Positions 26,648 through 39,965 of a DNA stretch of 64,000 nucleotides are shown here, one piece after another. Source of the DNA: Hypanus sabinus (taxonomy: Eukaryota); the NCBI RefSeq assembly GCF_030144855.1, contig NC_082728.1:44206001-44270000 (forward strand). The letters are read 5' to 3'. Made by a program: the position numbers and the translations under genes. The notes beneath the pieces were generated by a model. It did not search any database. It saw only the letters and a program-made list of their open reading frames with translations, and had not been told where the DNA came from. How positions within the stretch are numbered: the first letter of the stretch is position 1; every line of letters begins with the position of its first letter.

Positions 26648-26707
26648 GGAATTTTTGGGATTAGTAATAATCATTATTTGGATGCTGCTCTGCCAGAATT
26701 CAGGGAA
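26648..26707 (+). CDS. TMEM220: TMEM220 coding exon 5 (REFLGLVIIIIWMLLCQNSG)
   Basis: tttgttttgcag| ... AA|GTGAGT; 60 nt, hydrophobic transmembrane segment. Confidence 0.93.
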
Positions 26708-26884
26708 GTGAGTATTGTAATATTTCTCAAACTATTTTACATATTTAATCAAAGGAAAGTGGGTATTGAGTAATATTTCTCCATATCTTTTGCATATTTA
26801 ATCAAAGAAATGGTGCAAATAATCCAGGCTTCAATCTGCTTTCTACAGCATACCTCCAAAAACGTTCTTTCCATACTACATACA

Positions 26885-27330
26885 TCAGATTCTGCAGATG
26901 CTGGAAATCTTGAGCAATATTTACAAAATCCTGGAGGAATTCAGTAAGCCAGGAAGCATCTACAGAGGGGAACAAAAATTGAAGTTTCGGGTTGCCGCCT
27001 CCATCAGGACTAGAAAGGAAGGAGTCAGAAACCAGAGTAAGGTGGTGGTGGGGGGTAGTGGAAGTGTAGAAGCAGGCAGGTAGATAGAATATAGACCATT
27101 GCAGAATGGCAGACTGCTTCGTCGAACATCTTCCACCTTGTCAGCAGTGAAGGCGGGATCTTCCAGTGGCTACCCATTTCAGTTTGACTTCCCCTTCCCA
27201 TTCAGACAGGTCCATCCATAGATGAGGCCAAACTTGGGTCGGAGGAGCAACACCTCATATTCCGTCTGGGTGCCTCCAACCCAATGGAATGAACATTAAT
27301 TTTTCTAACTTCCAGTAATTTCTCCCCCCA
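26885..27330. mobile_element. Penelope-like element ends: inverted terminal repeat plus GIY-YIG tail
   Basis: Reverse copy of the terminal repeat at 26885-27080, followed by RLLRRT/EEQHLIFRLG-like sequence homologous to 31850-32050. Confidence 0.65.
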
Positions 27331-28506
27331 TTCTAGTTTTTTGGGCCAACCAGAGGTGTTCCCATCTTTTGTAAATGTATTTTTCTTGATCTTAAGACCC
27401 TGCTGGACATTGAGAACTTGGGAGTGCTGCATGTCTATGGGCTGCTCGTTGCCAAAGGAGCTGGATGAGAAGTGGAACATGCTGCTGCCTACAACAGAGA
27501 GGCGTGAAGTCAGTGTGCAAAAGCACTGTGCAGTCTAACAGCAGGTGGTCGTCCTGGTCCCTTTTCTTGTGGTCGCAAGACCCTGTTGGACACCATTGAT
27601 GTGGACTGCTGCAAGTTCAATTGGCTGATGGCGAGGGAGCTGAGTGGCTTCGGTCACGCTGGGGTCTGGCTGTCACGCTGAGCTGTGGTGTCGCCTGTTT
27701 GCAGTTGGGAGTTGGTGTGCTCCGCCCGAGCAGTGGGGGCAGCATGGCATGGTGTCCAGGCTGCTGTTGGTGCTCTCTTGTGTTCGCTTGGCAAAAGGCA
27801 AGCCGTATTTAGTTTGACTACAAACTGCTACATCATTCCTGGACTAAGGGTCTTGCAGTACATTTTTTTGATGACTGTACTTTACTGATATACAGTGTAT
27901 GTTATCTTATATGTGTCATAGGTACCTTGCATTGTGTATTACTGTTGGTACTGCGTTTTGCACCTTGATCCTGGAGTAATTCTGTTTCGTTTGGCTGTGC
28001 TCATGGGCATTCATGTATGGTTAATGGCAGTTAAACTTGAATTGAATTCTGGTTACCCTCTCACCCTTCTCTTCTCACCCGCCCATCACCACCTCCTGGT
28101 TCCCTTCCTCCTTCCCTGTCTTCCATGGTCATTGTCCTCTTCTTTTAGCTTCCTTCTTCAGGCTTTTACCTTTTCCACATTCAGTATCACCACCCCTGGT
28201 TCTTACCTCACTCCCCTCTCTCACCTGGTCCTGCCCATTATGTTGCATTCTGTCCCTCTGGTTTGTGTACCAAAATACAATGATGTCTAACAGGTATTCA
28301 TTTTTAATGCCTGTAGGTAGCTTGTTATTGCTGGTGTGTCAAAATATTAAAATGTAAGTGTTCATCACATGGCATACTACTGTTAGCTGGCATTAATACA
28401 AGTTAGCAGTAAATTACTTCAAATAGTACTGAACTATTCTTAACTGAATGGTACTGAGCAATTGCTGATCTCAATTAGTGATTAAAATGTTTTTTTAATT
28501 TTCCAG

Positions 28507-28636
28507 GTATCTTGGTGGTTTTAAAATTTCTATTGCAGTTTTTATTACTGTCCTGCCGTTCGTAACGTGGTTATATTACTACATCAATAAAGAACTGCGG
28601 GCATCTTGGCCAGAGCACTGCAAGAACACCATTTAG
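28507..28636 (+). CDS. TMEM220: TMEM220 last coding exon (KYLGGFKISIAVFITVLPFVTWLYYYINKELRASWPEHCKNTI*)
   Basis: ttttccag| acceptor, TAG stop; C-terminus matches recalled YINKEMRSSWPTHCKTVI. Joined CDS is 525 nt = 174 aa + stop. Confidence 0.94.
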
Positions 28637-30002
28637 TCCAGATGCAACATAATAGTGGGAACAGAAAAAGGGCCATGGAACTTAAGTGAATTCAATGAGC
28701 TGCTATATAGAGCTATTCATTTAGAGCTGTTTTTGTGGACAATCTGAGGTTGTGATCGATGTAATTTTGAACACAATTTTCTGTTATATAATTTGGATGA
28801 AATAACTCACAACAATGTTATTGGATAATGGGATTTGTCACTTTGACATCTGAGACAGATTCCAAATTGAAGTCCTGGTTTTGGTCTTGAGGTTTGAATC
28901 TAGGGAGAAACATGATTTGAATTTTAAGAACCAAACATTTATTTAACAAGTACAATTGCACTTTTATATAATTATTTAAAAGATTAGCTTTATTTGTCAG
29001 ATTTACATTGAAACAACCATTGTTTCGTTGAACTGCAAAGTTTGTGTCAAATCAAGATTGTGCTGGGCAGCCCACAAATGCCACCACACTTTGGGCACCA
29101 ACGTAAGTACATGTTTGGCGCATCATTGTGTGCTGAAGGGCCTGTATTGTGCTGTAGGTTTTCTATGTAACATGCCCACAACTCATTAAACCTAACCTTA
29201 CATCTTTGGTATTGTGGGGGGGGGGGAGAACACCCATGCTGTCATGGGGAGAACATACAAACTCCTTACAGGAAGCAGCAGGTATTGAACCATGATCTCT
29301 GGTGCTATGCTACTGTGCACCCTTATGCAGAAGTTCTTAGGACCACGTAAGGATTATGCAGCCTAAGAAGTGTTGCCAGGATTAGTATGCTCATACTAAC
29401 AGAGTATTCTTTGAAAGAAATGATCATCTTCACATCCAGACTCGATCTAACAAACTTAAGATTTGTTTCTGTATATCTTATAGTCTGAAAGTTTTTGCAC
29501 AAATGCACCAAGTGACTATTCCCTGAAGTCCAAACATTACATAGTCTGTATTTGCCAATGAGAGGAGAGTATTTGCTTTTGGGGATTTGGAATGTGAAAT
29601 TATTTAATATTATTAGCAATTTTTTGTAATTAGATTTCATATTGGCAAATAAATTTATAAAGGCTGATCCATAACTGGATATTTCTCCATTTAAATTTGA
29701 TGGACATCCTCTATCTGTAATGGTTGCATTAGGAATAGACTTATCATTACATAACAGAATGAGAAAAATTACTACATGAAAAGTGGAGAATGGGAAGGAA
29801 TCCCCAGAGTGAAACTATACTGAAAATAGATTCTCAAAAAACACATTAAAGATGTCTTTAAACAAATTATCCAACTTTAATAACAGTATTGGGATTTATT
29901 TCTTCTGAACCACATTGGTGATGTATGGAAATAAAAACATACCCGCAACAGAATGGCCAGAATTCTGCATTACTTACAAGAATGATCATGAGGTGAAAAA
30001 GG

Positions 30003-30660
30003 TTCTCGTGCTTTCCCGACATATACGACGAATAAACTCTTCTCAGACTTCCAGCTGGGTCCAGAACTAACTTTTTCAATGACAAACACTGCCATCTTCA
30101 TCAGGCATGATGCCTGGGCATGTCTAGGCAGGTGGTATATGTACTACCATTGTGCACCCTCCTGATTGGTCAGTCCTTATCCAATCAGGTTTCTGCTGTC
30201 CCACCTTGTTTACAATCAAATTCCAGTTCTTACTTAGAGTGAGACGTTTGTCTTTGTTAAAATTCCCTTTTATTTCAATGGTTTCCTTCACTAGGTAGTC
30301 CCAAAAGCCATTGGCAGAGCTCAGTAGTTTTCTGCAAAGTAAATCCTATGGCCATTGGAAATGCAGTGCTCTGCTACTGTCGATTTCTCCAGGAAACCCA
30401 AACAGATGCACCTATTGTGCTGCTTGATGAGGGTTTCCACTCTGCACTCCAGCCACGTTCACAGGGAATCTTGTAAATGCCACAAAACTACTGATCAATA
30501 TATTTTGCCAGTGAGGCCTTGTGACCATTTTATGATTTCTGAGAAAATACTTTTTTTGTGAGCTTGGTTCCTAGCAAAGCAATCTACAACCAGTCTGGTC
30601 ATTTTGATCAGTGTTTTATTGCAGAAAATCTGGATACAGCCTACTTCTACAAAAGTAAGC
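30003..30660 (-). mobile_element. Penelope-like element (probably Poseidon type): GIY-YIG remnant and terminal repeat
   Basis: Minus strand GIYKIPCE.G...LIKQHNRCI...EKSTVAEHCI.NGH...LVKETIEIK; followed by CTGATGA...GAAA. Confidence 0.75.
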
Positions 30661-30688
30661 ATAACAGAGTGCAATATTCCTCTCACAG

Positions 30689-31267
30689 CTAACAAGGAAA
30701 TCCTCTTGCATTTGTACAGAGCCCTGGTAAGACCACACCTGGAGTAATGTGTACAGTTTTGGTCTCCAGGGTTAAGGAAGGACATCCTGGCTGTAGAAGT
30801 GCAGCGTAGATTCACGAGGTTAATTCCTGGGATGTCTGGACTGTCTTACGCAGAGAGGATAAAGAGACTGGGCTTGTACACGTTAAAATTAAGGAGATTG
30901 AGAGGGGATCTGATTGAAACATATAAGATTATTAAGGGATTGGACAAGATAGAGGCAGGAAATATGTTCCAGATGCTGGGAGAGTCCAGTACCAGGGGGC
31001 ATGGTTTGAGAATAAGGGGTAGGTCATTTAGGACAGAGTTAAGGAAAAACTTCTTCTCCCAGAGAGTTGTGGGGGTCTGGAATGCACTGCCTCGGAAGGT
31101 AGTGGAGGCCAATTCTCTGGATGCTTTCAAGAAGGAGCTAGATAGGTACCTTATGGATATGGGGACAAGGCAGGAACCGGGTATTGATTGTAGATGATCA
31201 ACCATGATCTCAAAATGGTGGTGTAGGGTCGAAGGGCCGAATGGTCTACTTCTGCACCTATTGTCTA
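30689..31267 (+). mobile_element. CR1 LINE 3' end
   Basis: RRLRGDLIETYKIIKG, KNFFSQRVV; CTATTGTCTA tail as in the CR1 at 48210. Confidence 0.9.
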
Positions 31268-32298
31268 ACTGGACCTCTTACCACCCTGTAACTTGTAAAA
31301 ATGCCATCCCCTTCTCTGTTCCTCCATCTCTGCTGCATCTCCTCGCAGGGTGAGGCTTTTCATTCCAGAACTAAGCAGATGTCCTCCTCCCTCAAAGAAA
31401 GGGACCTCCTTTCCTCCACCATCAACACTGCTCTCAACTGTAACTCTTCCATTTTGCGCACATCTGCCCATAGCCCATCCTCCCGCCACCACTAGGGGTA
31501 GGGTTCCTCTTGTCCTCAACTACCACCCCGACAGTCTCTGTCCAACATACAATTCTCCATAGCTTCCGCTATCTCCAATGGGATCCCACCACCGAGTACA
31601 TCGCTACCTCACCCTCCCACTTTATGCTTTCTGCAGGGATCGCTCCCTACACAACTCCCTTGTCCATTCGTCCCTCCCGGTGTTTATCCCTGCAAGCCGA
31701 ATTAGTGCTACACCTGCCTCTATGCCTTCTACCTCACTATCGTTCAGGGCCCCAAACAGTCCTTCCAGTTGAGTCTGCTGGGGTTATCTACTGTATCTGG
31801 TGCTCCCAGTGTGGCCTCCTGTATATCGGTGAGATCAAACATAGATTGATAGACAGCTTTGCCAAGCACCTGTGCTCCATCTGCCAGAAAAACTGAGATC
31901 TTCCAGTGGTCAGCCATTTTAATTCCACTTCCCATTCCAACATGTCAGTCCATAGCCTCCTCTACTGTCGCGATGAGGCCACACTCAGATTGGAGGAGCT
32001 GCACCTTGTATTCCGTCTGGGTAGCCTCCAACCATATGGTATGAACATCAATTTCTTTAACTTATAGTAATGCCACCCTCACCTGTCCATACTATGTTGC
32101 TCCTCCCCCTTTTTCTTCCAGGCTTTCTGTCCTCTGCCATCAAATACCCCATCTCCAGCCCTGTATCTCTTTCACCCCAGCTCTCCTGGTTTCACCCGTC
32201 ACCTTATGTTTCTAACTCCCCTCCCCCCTCCTTCATACTCCTCATCTTTTCCCCCTCCAGTCCCGATGAAGGGTCTCGGCCCGAAACGTCGACTGTAC
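31268..32298 (+). mobile_element. Penelope-like element (probably Neptune type): RT C-terminus, GIY-YIG endonuclease and 3' hammerhead motif
   Basis: HP..CKNAIPFS, EAFHSRT, ESAGVIYCIWCSQCGLLYIGE...FAKHL; ends in the hammerhead-like motif at 32258-32295. Confidence 0.85.
32258..32295 (+). ncRNA. Hammerhead motif with one core substitution (CCGATGA)
   Basis: CAGTC-CCGATGA-A-GGGT(CTCG)GCCC-GAAA-CGTC-GACTG; helix I is 5 bp. Confidence 0.6.
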
Positions 32299-34257
32299 TC
32301 GATAGAAATTACTAAAGCTGTTCACAGATCTTGAAGTGATTTTTTTTAAACACTCAACAGTATCAGGTGTTACTCATGTGGGATGTAATGAGCCTGCCCA
32401 GAGTATACTGACATTGCACTGAGCTCCAAGTGCATCCTGATATTAGTGCAGACACCCTTAGTATGCACAGAGTCTAATCCCATCTGCAACGGCTCAGTGA
32501 AGGAAGTGATCCAAGAACATTCAAGCCTCAGAAGTGCCAGGTAACGACCATCTCTAGCAAGGGAGAATCTAATTAACTACCCTAGACTTTCAAAGGCTTT
32601 GTCATCATCAAGTTCCCAATCATCCATACTGTGGGAGGCACCATTGATTCAATACTCACCTGGGCAGCCATTGAATCACTGTGGCGACAAGAGCATAATG
32701 GAGGCTGGAAAACCTGCATTTCCTGATACCAACATCTTTTCACCATCTCCAGTGTTATGAAATATTCTTCACTTGCCTAGATGAGTTTAGCGCTAACAAC
32801 CCTCACCACCTAGGGTAAAGCAGGTTGCTTGATTGATGCTCCCGGCAAGCACAAAAAATACCCATCCACACCAGCACTACTCCATGCGGCACCCTCAAAA
32901 CCTACTGCAGATATGCACCCAGGCTACTCCAGCTGCACCTATCGCCAAGGAAAGAGGTGCAGGCCAATGGAACATCACCAGCTGCAGGTTCTTCAAGTTA
33001 CATGCCACGTTGACTTGTGGTTGCAGGATGCAAATTCTAGAGCTCATTACCGAATAGCACTGCGAGACTACCTTCTGCAGAAGGACTGCAGCACGTCAAA
33101 AGGCAGCTCACCACCACCAGCTCAAGTGCGATTCAAGAAGGGCAATAAATACTGTGCTTACCTCTGACACACAGGTTCAAAATTTAAAAATATCTTCCTT
33201 GTTAATTTATGTCTTATGCACGAAAATTCACCAGGTGCTAAGAAGATATCTACAAACTTGTTTTAAACAGAACAAATTACTTTTAATGACTGTTTACTCA
33301 CATTTCTTTGGTTCTATTCTCAACATTCATATTGAATAATCTGACAGCAGTACCTTTAAAGATAGGCATTTAACTCCTGACTGACCAACACTGATTAAAA
33401 TTCTACCTAGCATGTTTCATGGAATCATTTTAAAACAATCCAAATAAAACAGGCTTTAATCTGAAGGTGCGAAGTACTGTTGCAGTAACTCAGGATGTCA
33501 AGCGGCATCTGTGGAGGTAGAGAGACAGTTGACGTTGCATCATCTGACACCCTACATCAGCACTGCTGTTTCTAGAGTTTCAAACAGCAGTTTGTATTTT
33601 TGCTCCAGATTCCAAAACCGAGAGTCTCTTCTGCCTCTGACTTCAAAAACAATTACATTCACAAATAAGATTATCTTAAGGATACAATTTATATTATCTT
33701 TATTTCTTAACAGGCTTTACAATATGTCAGAGTAGGACCTACTCAGCCCTTCACCACAGCTCATCACATTTGGGATAGCGTGCATAGGCTATAAGACATG
33801 AACTGGTTTGGAAGGGAAAATCACAAGGGAAGATATTTGCATTAACTACTAGAATTCCTTTGTGCAGAGTCAAAGTGGGTATGGTGTTGGGGGGGGGGGG
33901 GGGGGTATTCAGGGCCAGGGCAAACTAGGCACGTTTATAAAGAAACCACAAAACTGTTCCAATCAAGTTATACAGAAAGGAGACAACACCAGCATGAGTC
34001 AAATGCTGTGTAAAATCGTTAAAAGTGCAAAAGCAGCTGTAACACAAGGTACTTCATTATAATTAATTACACAATCTTAAATACTTTGTAAAATCTTGCA
34101 AAAATGTTTTGAAATTTTACAATACACTTAATATGATGCGGAGTTGTGTTGCCATGAACATCATGGCTAGCTTTACCGATGCATTTGAATGTTAAACATA
34201 TAATACCAATAATGTTATCCAAATCAATATATTAAGATAACATTTAACACTCAAATC

Positions 34258-34337
34258 CAAGGGTTCCCAACCTGGGGTCCACAGACCCCTCGGTTAATGG
34301 CAGGGGTCCATGGCATAAAAAGGGTTGGGAACCCCTG
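34258..34337. mobile_element. 80-bp hAT MITE, same family as 22369, opposite orientation
   Basis: CAAGGGTTCCCAACC...GGTTGGGAACCCCTG; internal sequence is the reverse complement of the 22369 copy. Confidence 0.82.
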
Positions 34338-34654
34338 CTCTATCCAAAACTCTCCTCAGAACAACGTAAATATGCGAAGTCATGATCAAAGGTATTCTGG
34401 CAAAAACATATTCCTTCTTTAACATCACAAAAAAAAGCAGATGATCCTATTGCTGATAAATGGAAATGGTTTCTCTGTTTCCCATATTACACCATGAAGA
34501 TTTCACTGACTATAAAACATTTTAGGAAAGAAATTGATATAATAATTCAGTTTAGGAATCCAAAATGACACCCGGAATTCACAGTGATGCAAACTCAAAT
34601 TGAATCAAATGCCAGAAATCATAAAAGGTGTAATTGCTCAGGTTTTCCCTATCT

Positions 34655-34660
34655 TTTATT
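34655..34660 (-). promoter_or_regulatory. Candidate ADPRM polyadenylation signal (AATAAA)
   Basis: TTTATT on + about 220 nt downstream of the ADPRM stop; usage not demonstrated. Confidence 0.4.
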
Positions 34661-34882
34661 TAACCCTGTGAAAATTTAAGGGCCTTGTAAAAATTCTCCT
34701 TTGGAGAATGTCTTCTACAACTAATGAAGTGCTAAGGTGTTTGAGTTTGGTTAAAAATTGCAGCCAATAATTCAAGGCAAATTTGTGCAAATAAATGTCA
34801 GATGGCCATCCCAACCCAATGCTGCAGATACTACATTGTACCACTCAACTGCCAGACTACAAAGCAACACAAATCCATTAAT

Positions 34883-35178
34883 TTATCTTTCTCTGTACCA
34901 CAAAACTCTCCTTGGAATCCTTCCCCTTCCCTTAAGGATCATTCTGTCTTCGTATACATGAACTGTACCAAATGCTTGACTGTCTGCTGATGTTTCAATC
35001 ACGCCTTCAAAGGTAAGATGATGAATTCCACAGCTGTCCAAGTAGTAGCCACCATCGTGATCATGTCCTGCTATGAAGCATACCACACTAGTGTGTGCCT
35101 GGAGCATCGAAAGCATCTCATTAAAGTTCCAGGCAACACACATTGGATCCGTAGAGTCTGGGTGGACAGGAAGGTGAC
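34883..35178 (-). CDS. ADPRM: ADPRM last coding exon (GHLPVHP...CVAWNF...FIAGHDHDGGY...EGVIET...LWYRER*)
   Basis: ttactgcag| acceptor; HLP and GHxH metal-binding motifs. Joined CDS is 1032 nt = 343 aa + stop. Confidence 0.95.
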
Positions 35179-36079
35179 CTGCAGTAAGAAAACAGTCTAC
35201 AGTTATGTGTTCTTTTCATCCTTTCTAACAACTGAATTTTTCTATATTTAAAATATGAAAAGTAGAATACGATAATGTCCATTTTTTCACTATCTTAGTC
35301 AAACCAGGCAATACAATGCCATGAGATGATATTGCATCTACATTATAATGATAAGTCGAGATTGGCAGGGCATTGCAAAGTTGATAACTTGTACTTTGAC
35401 ACTCTAAAACAGAGTAACATGAATTCAGTACATTGCCTCCCATCCACACCACATGACTCCTTGTTTACTTTTTAACAAATGATAAACTCTGACATCAAAT
35501 AAACCCTACAACAACCCTCATTACATTCCAATTCGAACTGCTTGCTGCTTGTTTCTTTTGGGTACCCACTCCTATGTACAACCTCATTGTCACATTTAGA
35601 AGTGGATGACTATAGGTTTTGTGGTACAGATAAAGATAATGGATTTGAGTTGCTTTGTAGTCTGGCAATTGTGTATAACAATACAGTATCTGAAGTTTAT
35701 TGTGGAAGACTAAAACAGGCCTTTCAGCCCAACTCATCCCTGCTAAGATGTTTTTCTGAGTTGGTCCTATTTTCCTGTTTTTGGCCAAAATTTCTCAAAA
35801 CTATTTGTATTAATTACCCTATCCAAATATCTTTTAAACATTGTATCCACTTCTACCACCTCATCTAGCAACTTGTTCCATATACCCAGCGACCTTTGTA
35901 TGGAAAATTGACCTCTCAAGTCCCTTTTAAATTTACCCCCTTTCACCTTAAGCCTATGCCCTCTAGTTTTAGACTTTTTTACTACAGGTGGAGTACGTCT
36001 CTACCAAAGAAGGTGCAAGGCATTCCTTCCCTCCAATAGTCTATAGATCATCCTTGGGCAAGATGCAACACCTGCTTAA

Positions 36080-37050
36080 ACCATAAGACATAGGAGCAGA
36101 ATTAGACCATTCAGCCCACTGAGTATGCTCCACAATGACATCATGGCTGATCCCGGATTCCATTCAATCCCATACACCTGCCCTCTCACCATATCCCGAT
36201 GCCCCGACCAATCAACTTCCACTTTGAATATATCCATTGACTTGGCCTCCACTGCTGTCTGTGGCAGAGCATTCTACAGATTCACCACTCTTTGGCTAAA
36301 AAAATTTCCTCCTTACTTCTGTTCTAAAAGATTGCCCCTCAATTTTTGAGGCTGTACCCTCTAGTTCTAGATACCTCTACCAGAGGAAACATCCTCTCCA
36401 CGCCCACCTTATCTAGTCCTTTCAGCATTCAGTAGGTTTCAAAGAAACCCTCACACATTCTTCTAAATTCCAGCGAGCACAGGCCCAAAGCTGCCAAATG
36501 CTCTTCATGTCTTCATTCCCACAATCATCCTCATGACCCTCCTCTAGACTCTCTCCAATCACAATACATCCCCTCTGAGATAAGGGGCCCAAGACTGTTT
36601 ACAATACTTCCAAGTGCAGCTTGACTAGTGTCTTATAAAGCTTCAGCATTATCTCCTTGTTTCTATATTCTATTCACCTTGAAATAAATGCCAACATTGC
36701 ATTTGCCTTCTTTACCACAGACTCAACCCATGAATTAACCTTCTGGGAGTCTTGCACGAAGACTCCTAAGTCCCTCTGCACCTCTGATGTTTGAATTTTC
36801 TCCCCAATTAGATAATAGTCTGCACTATTGTTCCTTTCACCAAAATGTATTATCATACATCTCCCAAAGCTGTATTCCATCTGCCACTTTTTTGGCCAAT
36901 ATTCCAGTTTGTCCAAGTCCTGCTGCAATCATATTGCTTCCTCAGCACTACCTACCCCTCCACCTATCTTCGTATCATCCACAAACTTTGCCACAATGCC
37001 AAAAATTCCACTAAGTCAATGACAAACAATGTGAAAATTAGCGGTCCCAA
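36080..37050 (-). mobile_element. CR1 LINE 3' fragment
   Basis: QQDLDKL..W.KKWQME, QRDLGVFV, VKKANAML. Confidence 0.85.
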
Positions 37051-38876
37051 TCTTTTTCTTAAATTTCTGCAACCAGCCTGCTAAATAACCACAATTACCC
37101 TCAATGTTCAGTTCATTATGATAGAACATTGCTCATTTCCTGATTAGCAGTGTATGTTCACTCCGTCGCTGATGAATCCATTCTTTCAATACACAATCAA
37201 GTTTTTTTATTTTTTGCTTTATGCGCTGTTTTTCTATTGTTCATTACATATGTGAGCTCACTTCTCAGGTTACCTGTGCATTGTCTGGGAACCTTCTCAG
37301 CATCTTCTAGAATTTTCCATTTGTGACATCATGTCAGCTTCCAAAAATTTTTTTGGGATTCGGAGGGTTTCAGATTTCAGAATTTCACATAAGGGGTATT
37401 GATTCTAGAATTAAATGTCCACTGAAACAAATCCCTTCTACCTACATACAGCCCATATCACTCCATTCTCTGCCCATTCTTGTACCTACCTAACAGCCTC
37501 TTAAATGCCTTACTATATTAGCTGCCACCACCACTCCTGGCAGTGCATTTCAGAAACCCACAACTCTGTAAAAAAAAAACAAAATCTGGCCTCACATATC
37601 TCATTTGAATTTAACCCCTTTCACCTTGAAGAACAAAGGACCCTTTGGAAAATTCAGGCAATCCTGGGCAATGTTTCTCACCTCCTGCATGTCACCTTGC
37701 TGAAGAGAGGAGCACTTGCAATAACAGACAGACAGCTGTGCTTCTCCAAAGAGGTCATTCTTACCCTCAGCCATCAGGCTCTATAACAAGTCAACCTACA
37801 GCCAGGGAAGTGATCTTGCAGTCTTGGACTTGTAAATTTCGTACATCTTATTTTTAAAGTAACTTATTCTTTCTTACTTTTCTTCTAATACGTGTAAGTC
37901 TGTGCAATTGTGATGCTACTGTGACACAGTAAACTTCCTTGGGATCAATAAAGTATCTATCTTAAATGCATGCGCTCTTAGTGTTAGGTATTTTGACAGA
38001 CTGTCTATCTATGCCTCTCATAATCTATTAAACTTGTATAGGGTCTCTACTGCTCCAGAGAAAACAACCCAAATTTGTCTAACCTCTCCTCATAGCACAT
38101 GCCCTCTAATCCAGGCAACATCTTCTACACCTTCTCCAAAGAAAAAGTTCCACAACAATAACTCATCAAACTAACTCTAACCCTACCAGTTCCCTTAATA
38201 TACATCCCTTGGTTGGTGATCTTTCTGCTAAAGGTAACAAGCCTTCCCTGTACACTTGATCTCTGCTTCACATATTTATGCATATCAATTCCGCTCTGCC
38301 ATCTTTATTACAAATAAATAAATCCAATCTTCCAAATCTCTCCTCAGAACTAATTCTCTCAGCCTGGCAATATCCTCATGAATCTCCTTTGCACTCCTGT
38401 CTTAGCGACTGAATATTGAAAGGCCCAGTTAGAGTGGATGTGGAGTAAATGCTCCCAACAGACCAGAGGATACAGTCCCAGAATAGGACAGCCCTCTAGA
38501 ACAGAGATGAGGTGGAATTTCTTCAGCCAAATCTGTGGAATTCATTACCACAGATGGCTGTGGAGGCCAAGTCATTGGGTATATTTAAAGTGGAAGTACA
38601 GAAGTTCTTAATTAGTAAATGTGTCAAATGTTAAGGGGAGAAAGCAAGAAGCGGGGGTTGAGGGATTCAGCCACAATTGAGTGATGAAGCAGATTCGATG
38701 GGCTGAATAGCCCAACTCTGCTCTTACTTCTTATGGTTATCGCATTCTTCCGATGTGTGGCAGCTACTCCAATCATGGCCTAACTGGTGTTTTACCCTTT
38801 TCTAATGTGGATCTCTATGCTCTTGTTTTTTTTTGAGGAGGAGTCAACCAGAACAGATTATATTTCAATTACTTAC

Positions 38877-38999
38877 CAATGACTGTTACCTTTTCCTGGT
38901 TCTGATCGGAGAAATCTAAAACAGCATTTAGCCATTCTAGCTGCTCTTGACTGAAACCTCCGTTAAATCCCAAAAAGCGAATATTCAGTCCAGCAAGGC
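38877..38999 (-). CDS. ADPRM: ADPRM second coding exon ([41 protein letters not shown])
   Basis: Not in the ORF track; read by hand on the minus strand. cctacag| ... G|GTAAGT, 123 nt; [12 protein letters not shown] motif. Confidence 0.95.
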
Positions 39000-39059
39000 C
39001 TGTAGGTTAAGAGGAATTATTATACAACTTGGTACAGTATAGCTGTGCTGAAAGGCATC

Positions 39060-39965
39060 TATACATACATAGAACACACAGCAGTACAGCACTGGAATAG
39101 GCCATTCAGCAATGTTGTGCCCAACCAATTAAATTCGTAATCAAATGGTCAACCAAACTAATCTCTTCTGCCGAGACAATGTCCATATCCTTCCACTTCA
39201 CTCGCGTTCATGCGCCTGTCTAAACCTGTCTTAAAAGTCCCTAATGTATCTGCTTTTACCTCCACCTCAGGCACTGCATTCCAGGCATCCACCACTCTCT
39301 TTGTGTAAAAGACTTGCCCCTCACATCTCCTTTGAACCTACCCCTCTTACCTTAAATTCATGCCCTCTGGTATTAGACATTTCAACTTGGGAAAAAAAGT
39401 ACTGCCTGCCTACTCACAATATGCCTCTCATAATCTTATAAACCTCTATCGGATCTCCCCTCACCCTCCATCACTCCAGAGGAAACAACCCAAGTTTGTC
39501 CAACCTCTAATCCAGACAGCATCCTTCTGCACTCTCTCCAAAGCCTCCACATCTTTTCTATAATGGGGTGACCAGAACTGCATGCAATATTCCAGATGCT
39601 GCCTGACTAGAGTTTCATAAAGCTGCCATATAACTTCCTGACTTTTCATCTCTATGCCTCGACTAATGAAGACACGCATGCCATATGCCTTCTTAACCCC
39701 CTTATCAATCTGTGTAGCTGCTTTCAGGGAGCAATGAACTTAGACCCCAAGATCCACTTGCTCATCAACACCATCAAGGGTCTTGCCTTTAACAGTGTAC
39801 CGTCTCTTTACATCTGGCCTACCATGATGCAACACTTCACATTTGGCAGGTTAAACTCCATCTGCCATTTCTCCACCCATATCTGCAACTGATCTACATC
39901 CCGCTGTATTCTTTGCCAATCTTCTACACCATCAACACCACCAACAATCTTTGTATCACTTGCAG
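39060..39965 (-). mobile_element. CR1 LINE 3' fragment
   Basis: LVRQHLEYCMQFWSPHYRKDVEALERVQ. Confidence 0.85.

Noticed and set aside
28585-28590. AATAAA inside TMEM220 exon 6 as a premature polyA signal
   Set aside because: It encodes the conserved Asn-Lys of YINKE, so protein constraint explains it.
33885-33905. Poly-G run as a functional G-quadruplex
   Set aside because: A simple homopolymer like others at about 29216 and 59390; length is unreliable and there is no supporting context.
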